Positions 1 to 13,548 of a stretch of DNA of 64,000 nucleotides are shown piece after piece. The notes below the pieces were generated by a model. That model ran no database searches, had not been told where the DNA came from, and was given only the letters and a program-made list of their open reading frames with translations. A program made the translations under genes and the position numbers. The DNA lies in NCBI GenBank assembly GCA_013239625.1, contig MU053810.1, positions 4,372,071 to 4,436,070 on the forward strand, written 5' to 3'. Within the stretch, counting starts at the first letter, position 1. Each line of letters starts with the position of its first letter. The stretch is from Lama guanicoe (taxonomy: Eukaryota).

Positions 1-708
1 TGGGGCTGGAACCAGGGTGTGCCCCTCCTGCGCCTGTGCCTGGCGGAGGCCCAGCCTGGCAGCCATCCGGGCCTGCCCCCTGCACAGGGGGCCTTGCTCC
101 TGTCTCTTTTCTTTCACCTGGCCTGACTGGAAGTAGAAAATGACCAAATCAGTATTTTTTTTAAATGAAATGTTACTGCTGTGGTAGCCTCAGGCAAGCC
201 TGGTAGTAGCCATGAGTGGGCCAAAAGGGGTCTTGTGGGGTTTTGAGATGCACAGCATCTCCGGGCCTCAGTGCCCTCTGCCTGTCTAGTGGTGGGGCAG
301 GTGAGGTATCTCCCCGAATCCAGAACCCACCCTCCACCTTCCCAGGGGGCTCTCACTGGCCCAAGGCCTATGTCCCCATCTGGTGGTGCTGGGCCTCAAA
401 GCACCTCAGCCAGAACCCCCGGTGTGATCGGTGCTCCTCCTATGACTGGACTCCTCCATCTCAGCGTGATGAAGTGGGGCATCACTCTCAGCCCAGAGCC
501 CTGTGGAAGCCACTGGCCCCTGGCTCCCAGCCCTGCCCCTGCCAGCTCCCTCATCTCCCGTTAGTGTCCACCATGCATCTCACTTTGGGTGTCTTGGTCT
601 TTTATTTTTTGTAATTGTCATTTGTATAACTCTAGATGCCCATGATAGTAGCTTCAGACTGGAAAGAGCAAAATAAAATAATGCAAGTCTGCAAAAAAAA
701 AAAAAAAA
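1..708 (+). pseudogene. 3' end of a processed retrocopy (GC-rich 3' UTR, AATAAA, genomic poly(A)); parent tentatively FSCN1; 5' part lies upstream of the window
   Basis: AATAAA at 672-677, A16 at 693-708, then an abrupt switch to MIR sequence. Motifs gaaaatgaccaaatcagtattttt and atgcatctcact...gtcttggtcttttatttttt...cccatgatagtagcttca resemble my recollection of the FSCN1 3' UTR (not verified). Confidence 0.7.
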
Positions 709-711
709 CAG

Positions 712-965
712 TAATGGCCAATACATATAGGGCTTATCGGCAGGAAGTTTTACATGGCTTACTCTTCCAAGTTCTTTTAATGCACTTTATGTATACTAAC
801 CTAATTAATCTACACAACTATGTCATTGAGATGGGCAACATCATTATCCCCATTTTACAGAAGACAGAACTGAAACACTCAGGGATTAAGCAGCTTGCCC
901 AACGGCCATGTCCGATGGCCAGTAATCAGTAGAGTGTAAATTCAAACCAAAGTTTTCTGACTCCC
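712..965 (-). mobile_element. MIR SINE
   Basis: MIR core in reverse: attatccccattttacagaagacagaactga...ttaagcagcttgccc. Confidence 0.8.
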
Positions 966-2100
966 CGCCCCCTGCCACCCCACCACCACCCTGTCTGAGT
1001 CCTTAGGTCCCAGCTGTCCTCTGTTCAAGGTAATAATGCTGGCAGAACAAATTAGCAAACACATGAAGTGCTGTGCCCACCCACAGGAGGGCCTCGGTGA
1101 ATACACGTCATTATCAACATCATCTGCAATACTGACATGGTATTTCCAAGGGGGGTCTTCCCTCTGAGAAGGGGCAACCTGGCCTGAGGACCTCTGACCA
1201 CTGACCTAACTGTGAATGACTCTTCATTCCCTTAATCCATCAAAATGCATCCCTCTCACCCATTACATAGTCATGAATTCTGTCTTTCTGTGGAACAGGC
1301 ATATGTAAATTCTCTTATCTTAAGAAAAACAAATTTGGGGTGGGACTGTCCAGTCTCCATTAGTCTATGTCAGGCAGGTTGTCTGCCCAGTGGAAAGGCT
1401 GTGGGTGATGAAATGCAAGGAGATTAAGGACCCAAATCATGGCATTTGAGACCATCCCCCAATAGGTGTGTTACCTGGATAGTTTAACTGCTTGGAGATT
1501 TTATCATATATTTGGTTTTTGCTAGTGGTGAGCTTAACTATAATCTTCATAAACTGATTCACCATTATTCCTCTTGTTAGCTCGAATCGTTAAGAATGAT
1601 TCCTCGTTTCCTTTTAGTCCATTTCATCACAGAATCTAAGAGATGGAGAGAAGCGCTCTTTTCAGATGAGCAGTTAAATGGACAGGAACAATAAGAGAAA
1701 ATGTGGAAGGCCTGAAATCTCTAGACTAGTTATGACATCTGATGACTTTGGAGGAAACTGTAAGATGGAACTACTTGCTAGCTGAACGTAAAGATAATAC
1801 ACTAGTATTGACTACAGAGAGCAGTCGTATAAGTTTCTAGGAAAATATTTCCCTAACCTCCAGGCAAAAGCATAGACTCAGTGAAGACAGATAAGTCTCA
1901 GAATCGTTTCCTTAGGTGAATCCATAAGGGAGCTACAATTTATGAACACGTCTAATGGCCCCATCTTCATCTTCTTCCTCTAACACTGAATAAAATAAAA
2001 GTCAAGGTTAAGGGAGAACACTGTCTTTCTTGATAAATTTGTGCTCCTAGATCTTTTGACAGATTCTTACCCCACATTTAAGACCTAAAAAATATACAGT

Positions 2101-2120
2101 ACACACACACACACACACAC
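2101..2120. repeat. (AC)n microsatellite
   Basis: Direct reading. Confidence 0.95.
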
Positions 2121-2439
2121 GCACAGTTGTCTTAACATTACTGCCTGTCATATGAATGGCTGCATGTCTTTGGTAACTTATGGGAACGTTATAGCTGTTC
2201 AATTCAATATACATCATTGAGGACAGGTTATGTTCAAGGCGGTAAGCTAATTACCTCACTGCATTAAAAAAGATGTCTGCAGCAGTCACCCTGATGCACC
2301 TTCTAGTCAGTTACTAAATGCTGTGATCTCTACTGGGAGGACCCTCCCCACCCCACCTCCTCCCTGCCTTTCCTTTACCACGGATGACTCAGGCCTGCTT
2401 CTAACCCACCTCCCCATCCTCATTCCTGCCTCTGAACAG

Positions 2440-2915
2440 CAGTCTGTCCTTTAAGATGTAAATCTCATCATGCCACTCACCCCAGTGAAAACTCTTCAGT
2501 GGTACCCAGCTGCTCGCAGCATTACGACCCTAGTGACTCTGACCTTGCAGGGCCCAGGTGTGCCTGCCAGCATCCCCAGGTTCCCACTCCAGCGCACTGC
2601 TCTTCTCTCTCACTTGCTCTCAGTCATTTCTTCAAATGAACCCTGTCCTCCTGCCCCATGAACTTTACACATCTGCTCCTTCTGCCCGCACAGCTTTCCT
2701 CCCGAGCCAACTCCTTTCCTCCTTTGCAGCACTCTGTACTTTTCTCACCCACCCGCATCTCCATCATCACTGTTTACTCACACACTTAATTGTATAGTTA
2801 AGTTGCAAGTCCCACAAAAACAAACTCACAAACCTTCATGAGGAGGTGATTGCTGTATCCCCTGCACCGAGCACAGGGCCCCACAGGTGGAGATGTTATA
2901 TGTGTAGAATGAATA
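2440..2915 (+). mobile_element. Degenerate L2 LINE 3' region
   Basis: L2-like motifs: atcatgccactcacccc...aactcttcagtgg, and terminal ctgtatcccctgcaccgagcacagggcc...gaatgaat. Confidence 0.55.
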
Positions 2916-5380
2916 CAAGAAATAGCTAACTATTCTTGGAGAGAAGAGGATGATTTGCAACTAACCTAGCAGAAAGAAAGCAATTCTGTGGAGTACAGAT
3001 AAGAAAGCTATTCATCCCCTGGGGTGGGACTGAGGAAATCTCCATCCATTAAAGGGGACTGGTAAGGAGGAGCAGAATTCAGATACGCAAAGTAGAAGGA
3101 AAGTTCCTCCCATTCAAAGAAAAGCATGGGAGGCAGCCCTTAAAGGCCACATCAAAAAGTTGGGTCAAGCCTTAAAACAAAACACAGCCTTCACTGTCCT
3201 TGGGAGGGAGAAGGGCATGATCCCAGATGATTTTAGCAACACTTTCTAGGTGAGAAAAAAAAAAAAGCAGAAGAGAAAGCCTGAACTAGGCTAATGGTGC
3301 AAATATAAGCAGGGAACAGATTTAAGAGATGGTGCAAACACCGAGATTTCCTCTCACTTTGAAATCAAGTGCAAGTTTAATATGAGTTTATTGAGAACAA
3401 CTATGACTTTTCCCCTGTAAATGGTTCATTCATTTGAAATAATTCTTTTTAACTTTTCCAGGAAATGAGAGAAAGAGAGAGATAGAGAAAGATTTTTTGG
3501 TTGATCATTTCCGTTGTGAGAGAGATGAACTTAACCCAACGAGCTTAGGCAAAGTGGAGACTTTATTGGCTGACTGCTGTGGTGGGGAGAGGCTCACTTG
3601 CTGCCGGAGGCTCTTTTTATTTCTTGTCATCATTCATCTTTGCTTTACTTTGGGTCAGTTTTACCCTTTCAGGCACTTTGTGAGCTTTTTCTTGCAAAGG
3701 TTGTCACCATGCTTCCTTTAGGTGCTCTTAGCAACCTCCTGGAGAAGGGCTCTCAGTGACCTAGCTGGGCTTCACATCCACTCCCAGGGCTTGGAAGATG
3801 CATTCTGTGGCAGCCACTCTCTAGAACACTAAACTTGACATTGTCTGCTGGGACGGCTCTCTGAACAAAGATGGGCTCCATTCAGGAAAGGAGGAAAAGG
3901 CCTGGTGAGACGATACAGTAGATGTCTGCTCCGTACACTGTGGCGCACAGCATCCGAAGTGCTGAATACTGTCACAAACTGGTGGACCGCAGATCAGCAC
4001 AGCTGCTCACATGCCTCTTCGTGGCCTTCATTCATTTGTCTAATGACCCAAAATATCGTCTCTGGCACACCCCGCTTGCAATTTGAAAAATAATAGAAAG
4101 TCCGCCTTTCCCCGTCCCCTCTTATGGAGCTTGGGTTTGGTTAACTGAAAGATTACGCTCTTCTTTTAATGAAGTTGGAGAGCTTCTCATTCCAGAAAGT
4201 AAAGAATATTTGTGCAGAAAAGGAAATCGCTGAATATACTCTGTCTGCTGCTTCTGATTCTACTTTGTTTCATGGTTGAATAATGACCCAGAGAGCTAAG
4301 GGGAAATAAATAAATGGAACCAATATTTCACTTCAGAAATTTAAACAAAGCAAAGCAAAAATCCATTAAAATTCCGGGAATCTAACCCAGTTTGACCCAC
4401 CCTAATGGGTTCATTAAGGCTTTATTCCCTATATGTTCAAAATGATTCATTTTTAAGAACAGATGAATATGGGTTAATTGCTCAATAGTTCATCTTATAT
4501 TTCATGTAATCATGCTTACATTATTTATAATAGCAAAATAAGATTTGACAGCTGTGGATTTGAACAAGTATATCTGAGGACAGATAATTTAAAGCATACT
4601 ATATTTAAAAGAGATATTGTGATATTCCTAGGAAACCAAAACCACTAAAATATGAAATTACAATGCATTAAGAATGTTCAAATTATATTTTTATGGATTA
4701 TAAATTGTAGGATTTTTACAAACCCTCCAGGGAATTTTAGAATTTGCATTGGAAGCCATTCTGTAGAATTCGTAAAACACTTCAAATGTAGGAATTTTCA
4801 CGGGTCACTAAGGACTTCTGTAGGGCCCCATAAAAGTGCAATTTCCATAAAATATGATATTAATACATTTTAGTTTATTTATCTTTGTGCCTTTCCTCCA
4901 GCTGTAACCTAACAATCAGCCCATCTTTTACTTTTTATGTTATACTTCCTTAGGGTTATACTCAAATATAAACCTATACATTCATTCTGTGTCACCTGGT
5001 CTTTTGCAGTCCATGTTATCCAAAAATAATATTTGAAATGGCACTGAGAAACATTTTTCTGAAACGATTAGTCAACAATGCCATGGGTTGGGAGCAGGTT
5101 GAAATGGAGACTTTCAAACATCTCTGAGTAAGAATATTATATTGCAAGAAATGTCATGATCGCTTCTATAATTAAAAAAAATATTCAGCAAGCATGGCAT
5201 TCACAGTTGTTCCCATTTCTCGCTATGTGTACCATGGGTTGGCTGGTGAAAGTGCGCTTTCTCATGTGTCGTCACACCTAGAAACTATCTTAAAAATAAT
5301 TTTTTAATGTGGCAAATTGAATTAAACATATCTAATTCAGCCCAGAACTGTTTTTTTGGGAAGCAGCTGGGTGAAGATGG

Positions 5381-5778
5381 TGTATGGGTTTGCTAAGGCA
5401 CCTGTAACATAGCTTCACTGACTGGGTGGCTCATACAAAAGGAAGTTACCCTCTCAAGTGCAAAATCATGGTGCCCACACAGGGTGGGGTCTTTCTGAGG
5501 TCTGTGACTGGAAGGTCTGGTTCACTTGGCTTGCTGGTGCTTTTTTTCCCTGTGTCTCTTCACATTGTCTTTCCTCTCTGAGTGTCTGTCTCTGTGTCCA
5601 AATTTCCCCTTCTGACATGGATACCAGTCATATCAGATTAAGGTCCACCCTAATGACCTCATTTTAACTTGATTGCCTCTGGAAAAGACCTTGTCTCCAA
5701 ATACAGTCATATCCTAAGATACTGGAAGTTAGGATTTAAACATATGAATTTGGAGGGCACTCAATTTAACTCGTAACA
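5381..5778 (-). mobile_element. MaLR solo LTR (MLT1A/B-like)
   Basis: tg...ca ends; gtccaaatttccccttct, ccaccctaatgacctcattttaacttgatt, ctccaaatacagtca. Confidence 0.8.
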
Positions 5779-5959
5779 GATGGATTGCCTGTCTGACCAC
5801 ACAGACCCGCACTGGCCAAGGATCGTGTTAGACACGACTATCATGGAGAGTGGCTGAGAGAGAAGGTCCTAGACTTGGAGGGCCTGGATTACAATATTGC
5901 TTCTGATGCTTGTTATCTGTCTGACTAGAGACTAATACTTAACCTTTCATGATCTCCTT

Positions 5960-6620
5960 ATTTTACATTCCCAACACAATGCATGATGTTCTAGTTTCTT
6001 CATATCGTCACCAATACTTAATGTCTATTCTTTATTATAGCCATCCTGCTGTGTGTGAAGTGGTAGCTCATTTTGGTTTTGATTTGCATTTCCATAATGC
6101 ATATCATGTCTTTTCATGTGTTTTTTGGCTATTTTTAGATCTTCTTTTAGTAAGTGTCTAATCAGAACCTTTCCTCATTTTTCAATTGGATTATTTATCT
6201 TTTTATTATTGAGTTATCAGGGTTCTTTATATATATATACATTTTTCTGGATCCAAGTCCAAATATATGATTTTCAATTATTTACTTCTGTTTTGTGGAT
6301 TGTCTTTTCACTTTCTTTGTGGAATCATTTGCAGCACAAGTCTTTAATTTTGTTGAACTTCATTTATCTATTTTTTTTTCTTCTGTCATTTTTGCTTTTG
6401 GTGTTGTAGCAAGGAAGTTTCTATCTATGGTCACATATTTGACTCCTATGTTTTCTTAGAGTTTTGTAGGTTTAGCTCTTACATTTGGTTCCATGATCCA
6501 TTTTAAGTTAATTTTTACTTATGATATAAAAAAGGGATCCAACTTCATTCTTTTGCATGTGACTATGTAGTTACTCCAACACCATTGTTGAAAAAACTAT
6601 TCTTTCATTGAATTGTCTTG
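5960..6620 (-). mobile_element. Old L1 (L1M) ORF2 3' fragment
   Basis: gatttgcatt, ccatgatccattttaagtta, ccaacttcattcttttgcatgt, caccattgttgaaaa. Confidence 0.8.
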
Positions 6621-7029
6621 CCAGAATCACCTTCTGAATAATCTAGAGTCAAATGCTGATTGATGGTTGATGAATTATTATGGCTTTTTTGTTAAACAAA
6701 AATTTCCTTTCTTGTGAGAGAATTTACATAGAATTTACACTACATTTCATGAGAAAATTACCGTGTAGCTTTTTGTTACACTCCAGTTTTCATACACATT
6801 TATCAATATTAAGATTCTGCCTGAATTGAAAAGGCTCAATTTGAAAGGCTGTATGTCTTTGGTTTTCCTCTGTCATCGTAAAATTGTGAAATCACTTTGT
6901 CAGCTGATGCTGATGAGTTAAAAAATTTTTTATGTCCTTGTTACTTATGTGCAGAGAGAATAAACTATAGGAGAAAAGAATAGCTCTAATGAGGAAAAAG
7001 GGAATTATTAAAGAGTTTTAGCCTGATCA

Positions 7030-7225
7030 TCATAACCATAGCTACCATTTATTGAGCGCTTACTTTGCACTATGTATATAATCTAATTTAATCCTCAAAG
7101 CAGCCTATTTTAAGATTAGAAATCTAAGACTAGAAAGATTAAGTAATATCTCCAAAGTCATGTTATTTATAAATGGAAGAGCTGGGATTCAAAACCAGAT
7201 CTACTTGAATTTAAAGTTCAAAGAC
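7030..7225 (-). mobile_element. MIR SINE
   Basis: atagctaccatttattgagcgcttact...gagctgggattcaaaacc. Confidence 0.75.
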
Positions 7226-8049
7226 AGCTAACTGCCCGTTCCTGAAGTGGTTCCCAGCCTCACAGAGGGCTTATACTGACATTCCATAAAATGTCATCAT
7301 GGGGGAACAAATTCATGTATTTGTCCAGATAAAAGACATTTATTTTGCCCAGATGGAGAAAAAACAGTTACATTCATAACTTGCTGAATATACTTCAGAC
7401 AAGCACAGTGTTCCCTCCTGCAAAGGTTCTTCTTTCTCACAGGCAGTCAGAGGTAATGATGACAAACTGGTCTCCGTTGTGAGTCTAGTTCTGATCTTGG
7501 TCAGCAATTTTTTTCCCCCCATGGAATCAACTTCTGATCAAGAAAGTATGACTCAAAAAAAAAAACCTCTCACATTCCAGCTCAGGAAAGAACTATGACA
7601 GCATGCCCAATGGGCTTGCATGTTCAACCCTCTGGAACAAGCCTAGAATCAGATGTTACCCAAATAACCTCCAAATACATAACCAATTTTTTAAAAGTTG
7701 AGAATGGAAAAAGATGTCATAGATAGAGGAGGCAATTGAAGCTAATTTATTGACTCAAGGAAAGATGCATTTGTGCCGACTGCGTGTGTACCCCAGGTTG
7801 AAAACCACAGATTAAAAGGTGTATTAGTCCCTAACTTTAAGGGGTCTCATTATTAATATGCTGCATAATGAAGGTTTTATACCAGGCAGAGGAGTAAAAG
7901 CATGCATTGTGAAGGACTGGGTTTGAAGTTTATGTCCAACAATTCCTAAGATAATAACCTTGGAGAAATTACAAAGCCTCAAATTTCAGTTTCCTTGTCC
8001 ATAAAATGAAGATGGTATTAACTGTTAAATACGTAGTCTGACATAGAGA

Positions 8050-8285
8050 TCAGGGACCTGAACTTTGTGCCTATTTGTACCAGCATCCAAATCCTAGTTC
8101 TTTCTCTCATCAGCTGTATGCTGTTGGATAAATAGCTAGCCTCTCTGAACCTCAATTTTTTCTTCTATAAGTGGTGTCTAATACAGAGGACTTGTGAAGA
8201 TTAAGTAACATAACATGCATAAAGCACATAAAATTGAACTTGGCTCATACTATATGCATGGACCATTATACATTATTATTATTAT
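8050..8285 (+). mobile_element. MIR SINE
   Basis: cctctctgaacctcaattttt...gtgaagattaag...cattattatt. Confidence 0.65.
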
Positions 8286-10737
8286 ACATTATTATTACAT
8301 TTTACCTGTACCTTTTATTGTTTGTTATCATCACTGCAATTACTCCTACCGTTTCCCCTACGTGAAACACCTAGTAAGTACAATGCCTCCCGGGAAGAGT
8401 CACTCAGTATGTATTACTGTTCTTTCCCCACATCATAATTTTTAAGAATATTGATAAGTTTAGTGATTGTCTTTCCCTCCTATGGACAGGCATTGCCTCT
8501 TCAGCCATAACGAAAATGCAGAAAACTTCTGGGTCCTGTTCACGAGTTCTGGGTGTACCTATGTTCTGTCTTTCTCCTTCATAGTTAATTTCAGGGGGTT
8601 TCTGTTAATTACCCAAAGCTCATTGCAGAAAGCACGTGTCTCTGGGTCAGTGGTGCACACAGCTGAGAATCACAGAAGCAAAGTGGCAGGGGCGATGGCT
8701 TGCTAGCACCCCTTCTCCTTACACAGAAAGCACACATCTTCAATTAAGAATCTTGTGGAAGCCACTGGCCCCAGAGGCAGAGATTATTTTTATCAGGAGA
8801 AGTTGGCCCCCGAAACTTCCTTCACCAGCTGATTTTACGGCTCCTTTAATCTTCTTGTCTGGTTCCCCAGTTCCCTTCAGAGGGGAAGTAAGATCAAGTT
8901 TCAGGGAAATGCTTGGCAGGCAGGCAGGACACATTTTCTAAAAAGCAAGCATCTGATGTTAAAAAAAAAAAAAGGCAAGTATCTGAAATGAAGATTTCAA
9001 CCTGCTGTCCCCACAGCAGCATCTTCCAGCTTTTCCTTTCTACCCTGGAACAAAATTAGAAATACCAAAATTGTCTTTGAAAATAAAAGGTAAAAAATGA
9101 AGCCCTTCTTTGGTCCTGATGCAAATGCACAGGTTGGTGCCTCCTTGACTTCTTGTATGAGTCACAAGGAGCTCGCAGAGAGGGACTCAGATCACTTACC
9201 AGGAAGAAGTGACTTCCCATGGAAGATGCTACTGATGGGAGGAGACATGAGGGTCAACTACTCCTAGCTGGCTTTGAGACACCGTGGTTATACTCAACGC
9301 CTCGCGGGTACAGAAGCCCCACACTGCCACCAAACAATACACCTCCATACTGTGTTGAGTTCCTGGAGATTTCTGATTATCTTGCTTTCCTCCACTTCTG
9401 AAACCATCACAGAGGATCCCTGTGTAGGAGTTCTTTATCTGGAAATAGAGATGGCCCCATATCATTGTCACAGTCCCATGCCCAAGTCCCTTACTGACCC
9501 ACTGCACCCATTTTCCAGACAACTTGTCAGGGCTAGCCATGCAGATTCGAGGAACTCACCTGTCTGGGTAGGGACTGCTCCTAATAGCAATTCCTGCCTC
9601 TCCTTTGATTCATCCTCCACAGATCCAGAGTGAATTCAGAGACTCCCATCTCAGTGCCAGAACTAACCAGATCAACCAATCACATCCACTCATTTACCGA
9701 TGAAGGCTTGAAATGTCTTAGGGAAATAAAGCAATTAATCCACAATCATCCAAGCAGTTTGTGGCAAAACTGGCGCTAGAAATCCAGATCTTTCTTCATC
9801 ATTCCCAACTGCCTCTTTTCCTGTAACCAAGCAGTGGGAATTTACTGAGTAACAGCTTAACTGGACGTATTCTTCCTCTACAAGATTATAAATGGTCTAA
9901 TCCCAAATGAACTGCAACTGTTAAATTGTTAATAACAATTTAGGCATATTAAAATATGATAATCTATGCCCAAAGGCACAGCTTCCATTTCTAGGCAGAT
10001 GACACATACGTCTATGCCAGCATTCTCCCTCTTGACTCAGACTCACATAATACATTGTACACAAGATAATAGCCCAGAATACTCAGTCAGTGCGTATTTA
10101 GTGAGTGCCTCCTATAGGTTCAGCGCTCTTCTAGGGGTTGTAGAGGAAAAGAAAAAAAGAAAAAAATTGTCAACATAAACATAGAAGAATGAAGTTGCTA
10201 GTGGAGGAACTTTAGAAGAAAGAAGTCCGAAAGCTTTGGTTCTCAAAGACGTGCTGGATTTTGAAATGCCTAATGGCTGCTGGTAGGCAAGTGAGGAACA
10301 AAGATTTTATATATAAAGTCCCACTGAAGACGATGCTGTATCACCCTGACCAGGTCAAAGGAAAACTTTTGATGTTTCAAGATGAAATATGCTCTACTTT
10401 GCTTAAATCAAGACTCTGTGTGTGTGTATAAATTGTTCTAAGGGTGCACAGGAGCAAAGTCATTTGCAGTCAGAGAGCTCATAAAACCCCACGGGACACC
10501 GCTTGCTTTCTTAGCAGAATAATAGCTAAAAGTTAAAGATGATTATGACTTTTAGTCTGCGAGCCTTTCTGCTGACAGAGGTCTTTTTCACGTATGTTTT
10601 ATATCTAAATGGAACGTTAGGTACCCTTGCAAAAAATGTCGTCTCTGGAATTAGACCCTCTTAGTTCCATGTGGATTATTTGCTACCCAGGGTTTGAAAA
10701 GACTTTTGATTTTGTTGTAAGAAGACAGGCACATCAC

Positions 10738-10900
10738 TTTTTTTTTTTAAATTGAAGTACAGTCAATTACAATGTGTCGATTTCTGGTGTACAGCACAAT
10801 GTCCCATTATGCATATACATACATATATTCATTTTCATATTCTTTCTCATTAAAGGTTATTACAAGATACTGAACATAGTTCCCTGTGCTATATAGAAGA
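10738..10900 (-). mobile_element. Short 5'-truncated L1 3' tail
   Basis: Poly(T), then attgaagtacagtcaattacaatg...tttctggtgtacagca...ttccctgtgctata. Confidence 0.8.
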
Positions 10901-11029
10901 AACTTTTTTTTTTTGACAAGCAGACCTTGAAGTGGTTTCAAAGTTTGTCAAACTTATTTTCTTTAACCAGTGAAATGCCATCTTCCAGCCCTGGTGTTTA
11001 GAATGGTATGAATTTATGTAACTCTGAAG

Positions 11030-11200
11030 TTGATAAAGCACTTTCATTTCCCTGCTTAGAGAGGAGGGGAGGGCAAGTATTATTCCTTTCATGTTACAGA
11101 TGAAGAAGCAAGCTTCAGAGAGGTTAGGCCGCTTGCCCAAGGTTATACTAATAAGTGGCAGAGTTAGATGAGGAGATTGGTCTTTTCCTGATTTCATCCA
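11030..11200 (-). mobile_element. MIR SINE
   Basis: ttacagatgaagaagcaagcttcagagaggttaggccgcttgcccaaggt. Confidence 0.75.
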
Positions 11201-12519
11201 ATGCTTTCTGTCATAGTCTAATGGCCTGGAGTTAGAAAAAAGGGAGGAAGATAAAGAAAGGCAAGAGTTAGGACCGATGGATACTTACTAAGGTAACCCA
11301 GCTTCCCAAAAAGCAAAACAGTTGGAAAAGAAAATCCTCTGCATTTTAATATGTTTTAAAGCCCTCACCAGTGTCATATAGAATGTAAAATTAATGAACA
11401 CCTGTAAAAGATTTCATTGCCCAGCTCCCTGGGGCCATAATTTAAAGTTAAAGTTATTTTCTATATTAATAGCTGCTCCCAGTGATGTTTCCTTTTCCAT
11501 TAATGCAGATGCCAGGTAATTTGGAAGAGACCAAATAGACCTGGAGGAGTAACTCATATTGCTCACTCAGCAGCCCTCTAATTTGAAAAGAGAGCTCCAG
11601 GAGCAGGTACTACCATTGGGACCACATCTGAGGTCGTTAGAGGCACACGAGCTACACCTTAACAACAACATCCCCTATTTCTTATCCTTCAGAAAAAAGC
11701 TTGTGGGCTCCTAGTAATTGTAGAGTAGAATTTCATTATCACAGTACTCCCACTGAGTTTCTCTTCCACTCCTCATTTCTCAAACGTTTTCCTTAAACAC
11801 AGTTGCTTGCCCCAGCACCGATAAGGGAGCAGGGTGACACATTCTGCTCGTAAAAGGGCAATGATCATCATCGTGGTGATTTCGGATGAAGAATGGAAAC
11901 GTCCGAAGTCTGAGAGCCGAGCTGAGTATTCAGAGGCATCCTTGAGATTCTGCCAACTCTTCAAGGCATTCTGGAAGCGCTGAGGCTGCAGCTCCCTCCT
12001 TTAACCTTCAGCCTGAGCTCCCTCAAGGAAAAGAGTATCTTCTGAATGTTCCCAGGTTCTTTGCTCCCCCTGCTCTTCTGATCAGACATAATTATTTCTC
12101 TGAACAGGAAATGCAAGAAATATGCTGGTGTATTTTCTGACATTGGTTTGAAGCTACTCTGATCAATTAACCTAAATTGGAGCAGAATATCTCAGATGCA
12201 GTAAATGTTTCACTTTGAATTCATGTTGGGCCTTTGTACATGCCTGCCTCTTTCCTGTCCGTCTCTAAGTTGACCTTGATGCACAACACTATGGAGAATT
12301 AAGGGATTAGCTGTAGAAATAATAGACTCTAAACATTTCCAGTAATATATGCACCCCCTTGTATATAATAGACACACAGGCATATACTTCTACACAAAAT
12401 GCTTTAAGAACATACACAGAAAATGCAAACTAAAAGATGATCTAACTACACATGGGAGTTGTATTTTTCCTTTACTTTAACGGCTCATCTGAAGTTGTTC
12501 CTTAACCAAAGTTTTAAAT

Positions 12520-12648
12520 TCTTCTTATTTATTTTTGTTGTTGTTGAAGTACAGTCAATTACAATGTGTCGATCTCTGGTGTACAGCACAATGTCCCAGT
12601 CATGCACATACATAGATATATTAGTCTTCATATTTTTTTCCACTAAGG
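12520..12648 (-). mobile_element. Short L1 3' tail, same type as 10738-10900
   Basis: Shares ttgaagtacagtcaattacaatgtgtcgat with 10751-10780. Confidence 0.75.
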
Positions 12649-12940
12649 TCCTCTTATGAGGCCACGGGACTAGCCATCATGTTCCACCCACCATTTTCTT
12701 TCTGATGGTCCTGTTAAGATATGATAGGGAGGGAGAGTCATCTTCATGAATTTTACTTATATTATTTCTACTTGCTGACTACCTGGGTTGCAAAATGAGC
12801 AAGACACATGGGTGGTGGTAGAGTCTCATGTTCCCAAATACCTGGAGCATCAGGTAGAGAACAGTGGGGTGGAGACCCAACTGTATCTTCCCCTCAAAGT
12901 CATGTCTCCAATGAATGACTTTGTGTCTTTTTTAAAATAC

Positions 12941-13548
12941 ATTTTTATTGAAGTATGTCAGTTTTCAATGTTGTGTCAATTTCTGGTGTGCAGCATAATG
13001 CTTCAGTCATACAGGAACATACATATATTCGTTTTCATATTCTTTTCCAATGTAAGTTACTATGAGTTATTGAATGTAGTTCCCTGTGCTGTACAGTATG
13101 AACTTGTTGTTTATTGATCTCCAGCAGCCAGTCCTGGCTCGTCCCTGCCGGCTTACATCTAGGGCGGGGGATCGCAGGCACCTTCCACGTCGCTTTTCCT
13201 TAGTTCTGTCACCCAAGCGGTTGCACTTTCTCCTCTGAGCCTCGAGCCTAGGAAGTTCCGCTTCTGTCCCCGCTGACCTCCTGGCTGGAGAGGGGGCGTC
13301 CCAGCGTGAGGGTGCCTTTCTTCCTGTGCCGCTCCCTCCCTGCAGGACCAGTCCTGCACCGACTCTTTTTTTCTATTTTTTTCCTTACTGGATTTTGAGA
13401 GAACTCTTCTGTATTTCAAAGTGAGAGATACTCTGCCAGAGTTCAGTTGGTGCTCTGTGCAAGTCAGTGGGTTTGTAGCTGTAATTCTTGGTGTCCTTGT
13501 GGGAGAGGGCGAGCTGTGAGTCTCTCTATCCTTCTTGGCTCAACCTGA
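12941..13548 (-). mobile_element. Bipartite L1 derivative: L1 5' UTR-like segment (about 13116-13548) fused directly to an L1 3' tail (about 12941-13115)
   Basis: The tail matches the other L1 3' ends in the window. The adjoining GC/CpG-rich segment resembles a laurasiatherian L1 5' end (sense gctcgccctctcccacaaggacaccaagaattaca...aactgaactctggcag). Imperfect candidate TSD: ttaaaatacatttt (12932-12945) / ttaaaatgctttt (13549-13561). Confidence 0.6.

Noticed and set aside
11780..12125. Mildly CpG-enriched stretch with acceptor-like sites on both strands (possible exon)
   Set aside because: No recognisable protein and no convincing donor partner; cannot be supported without transcript data.
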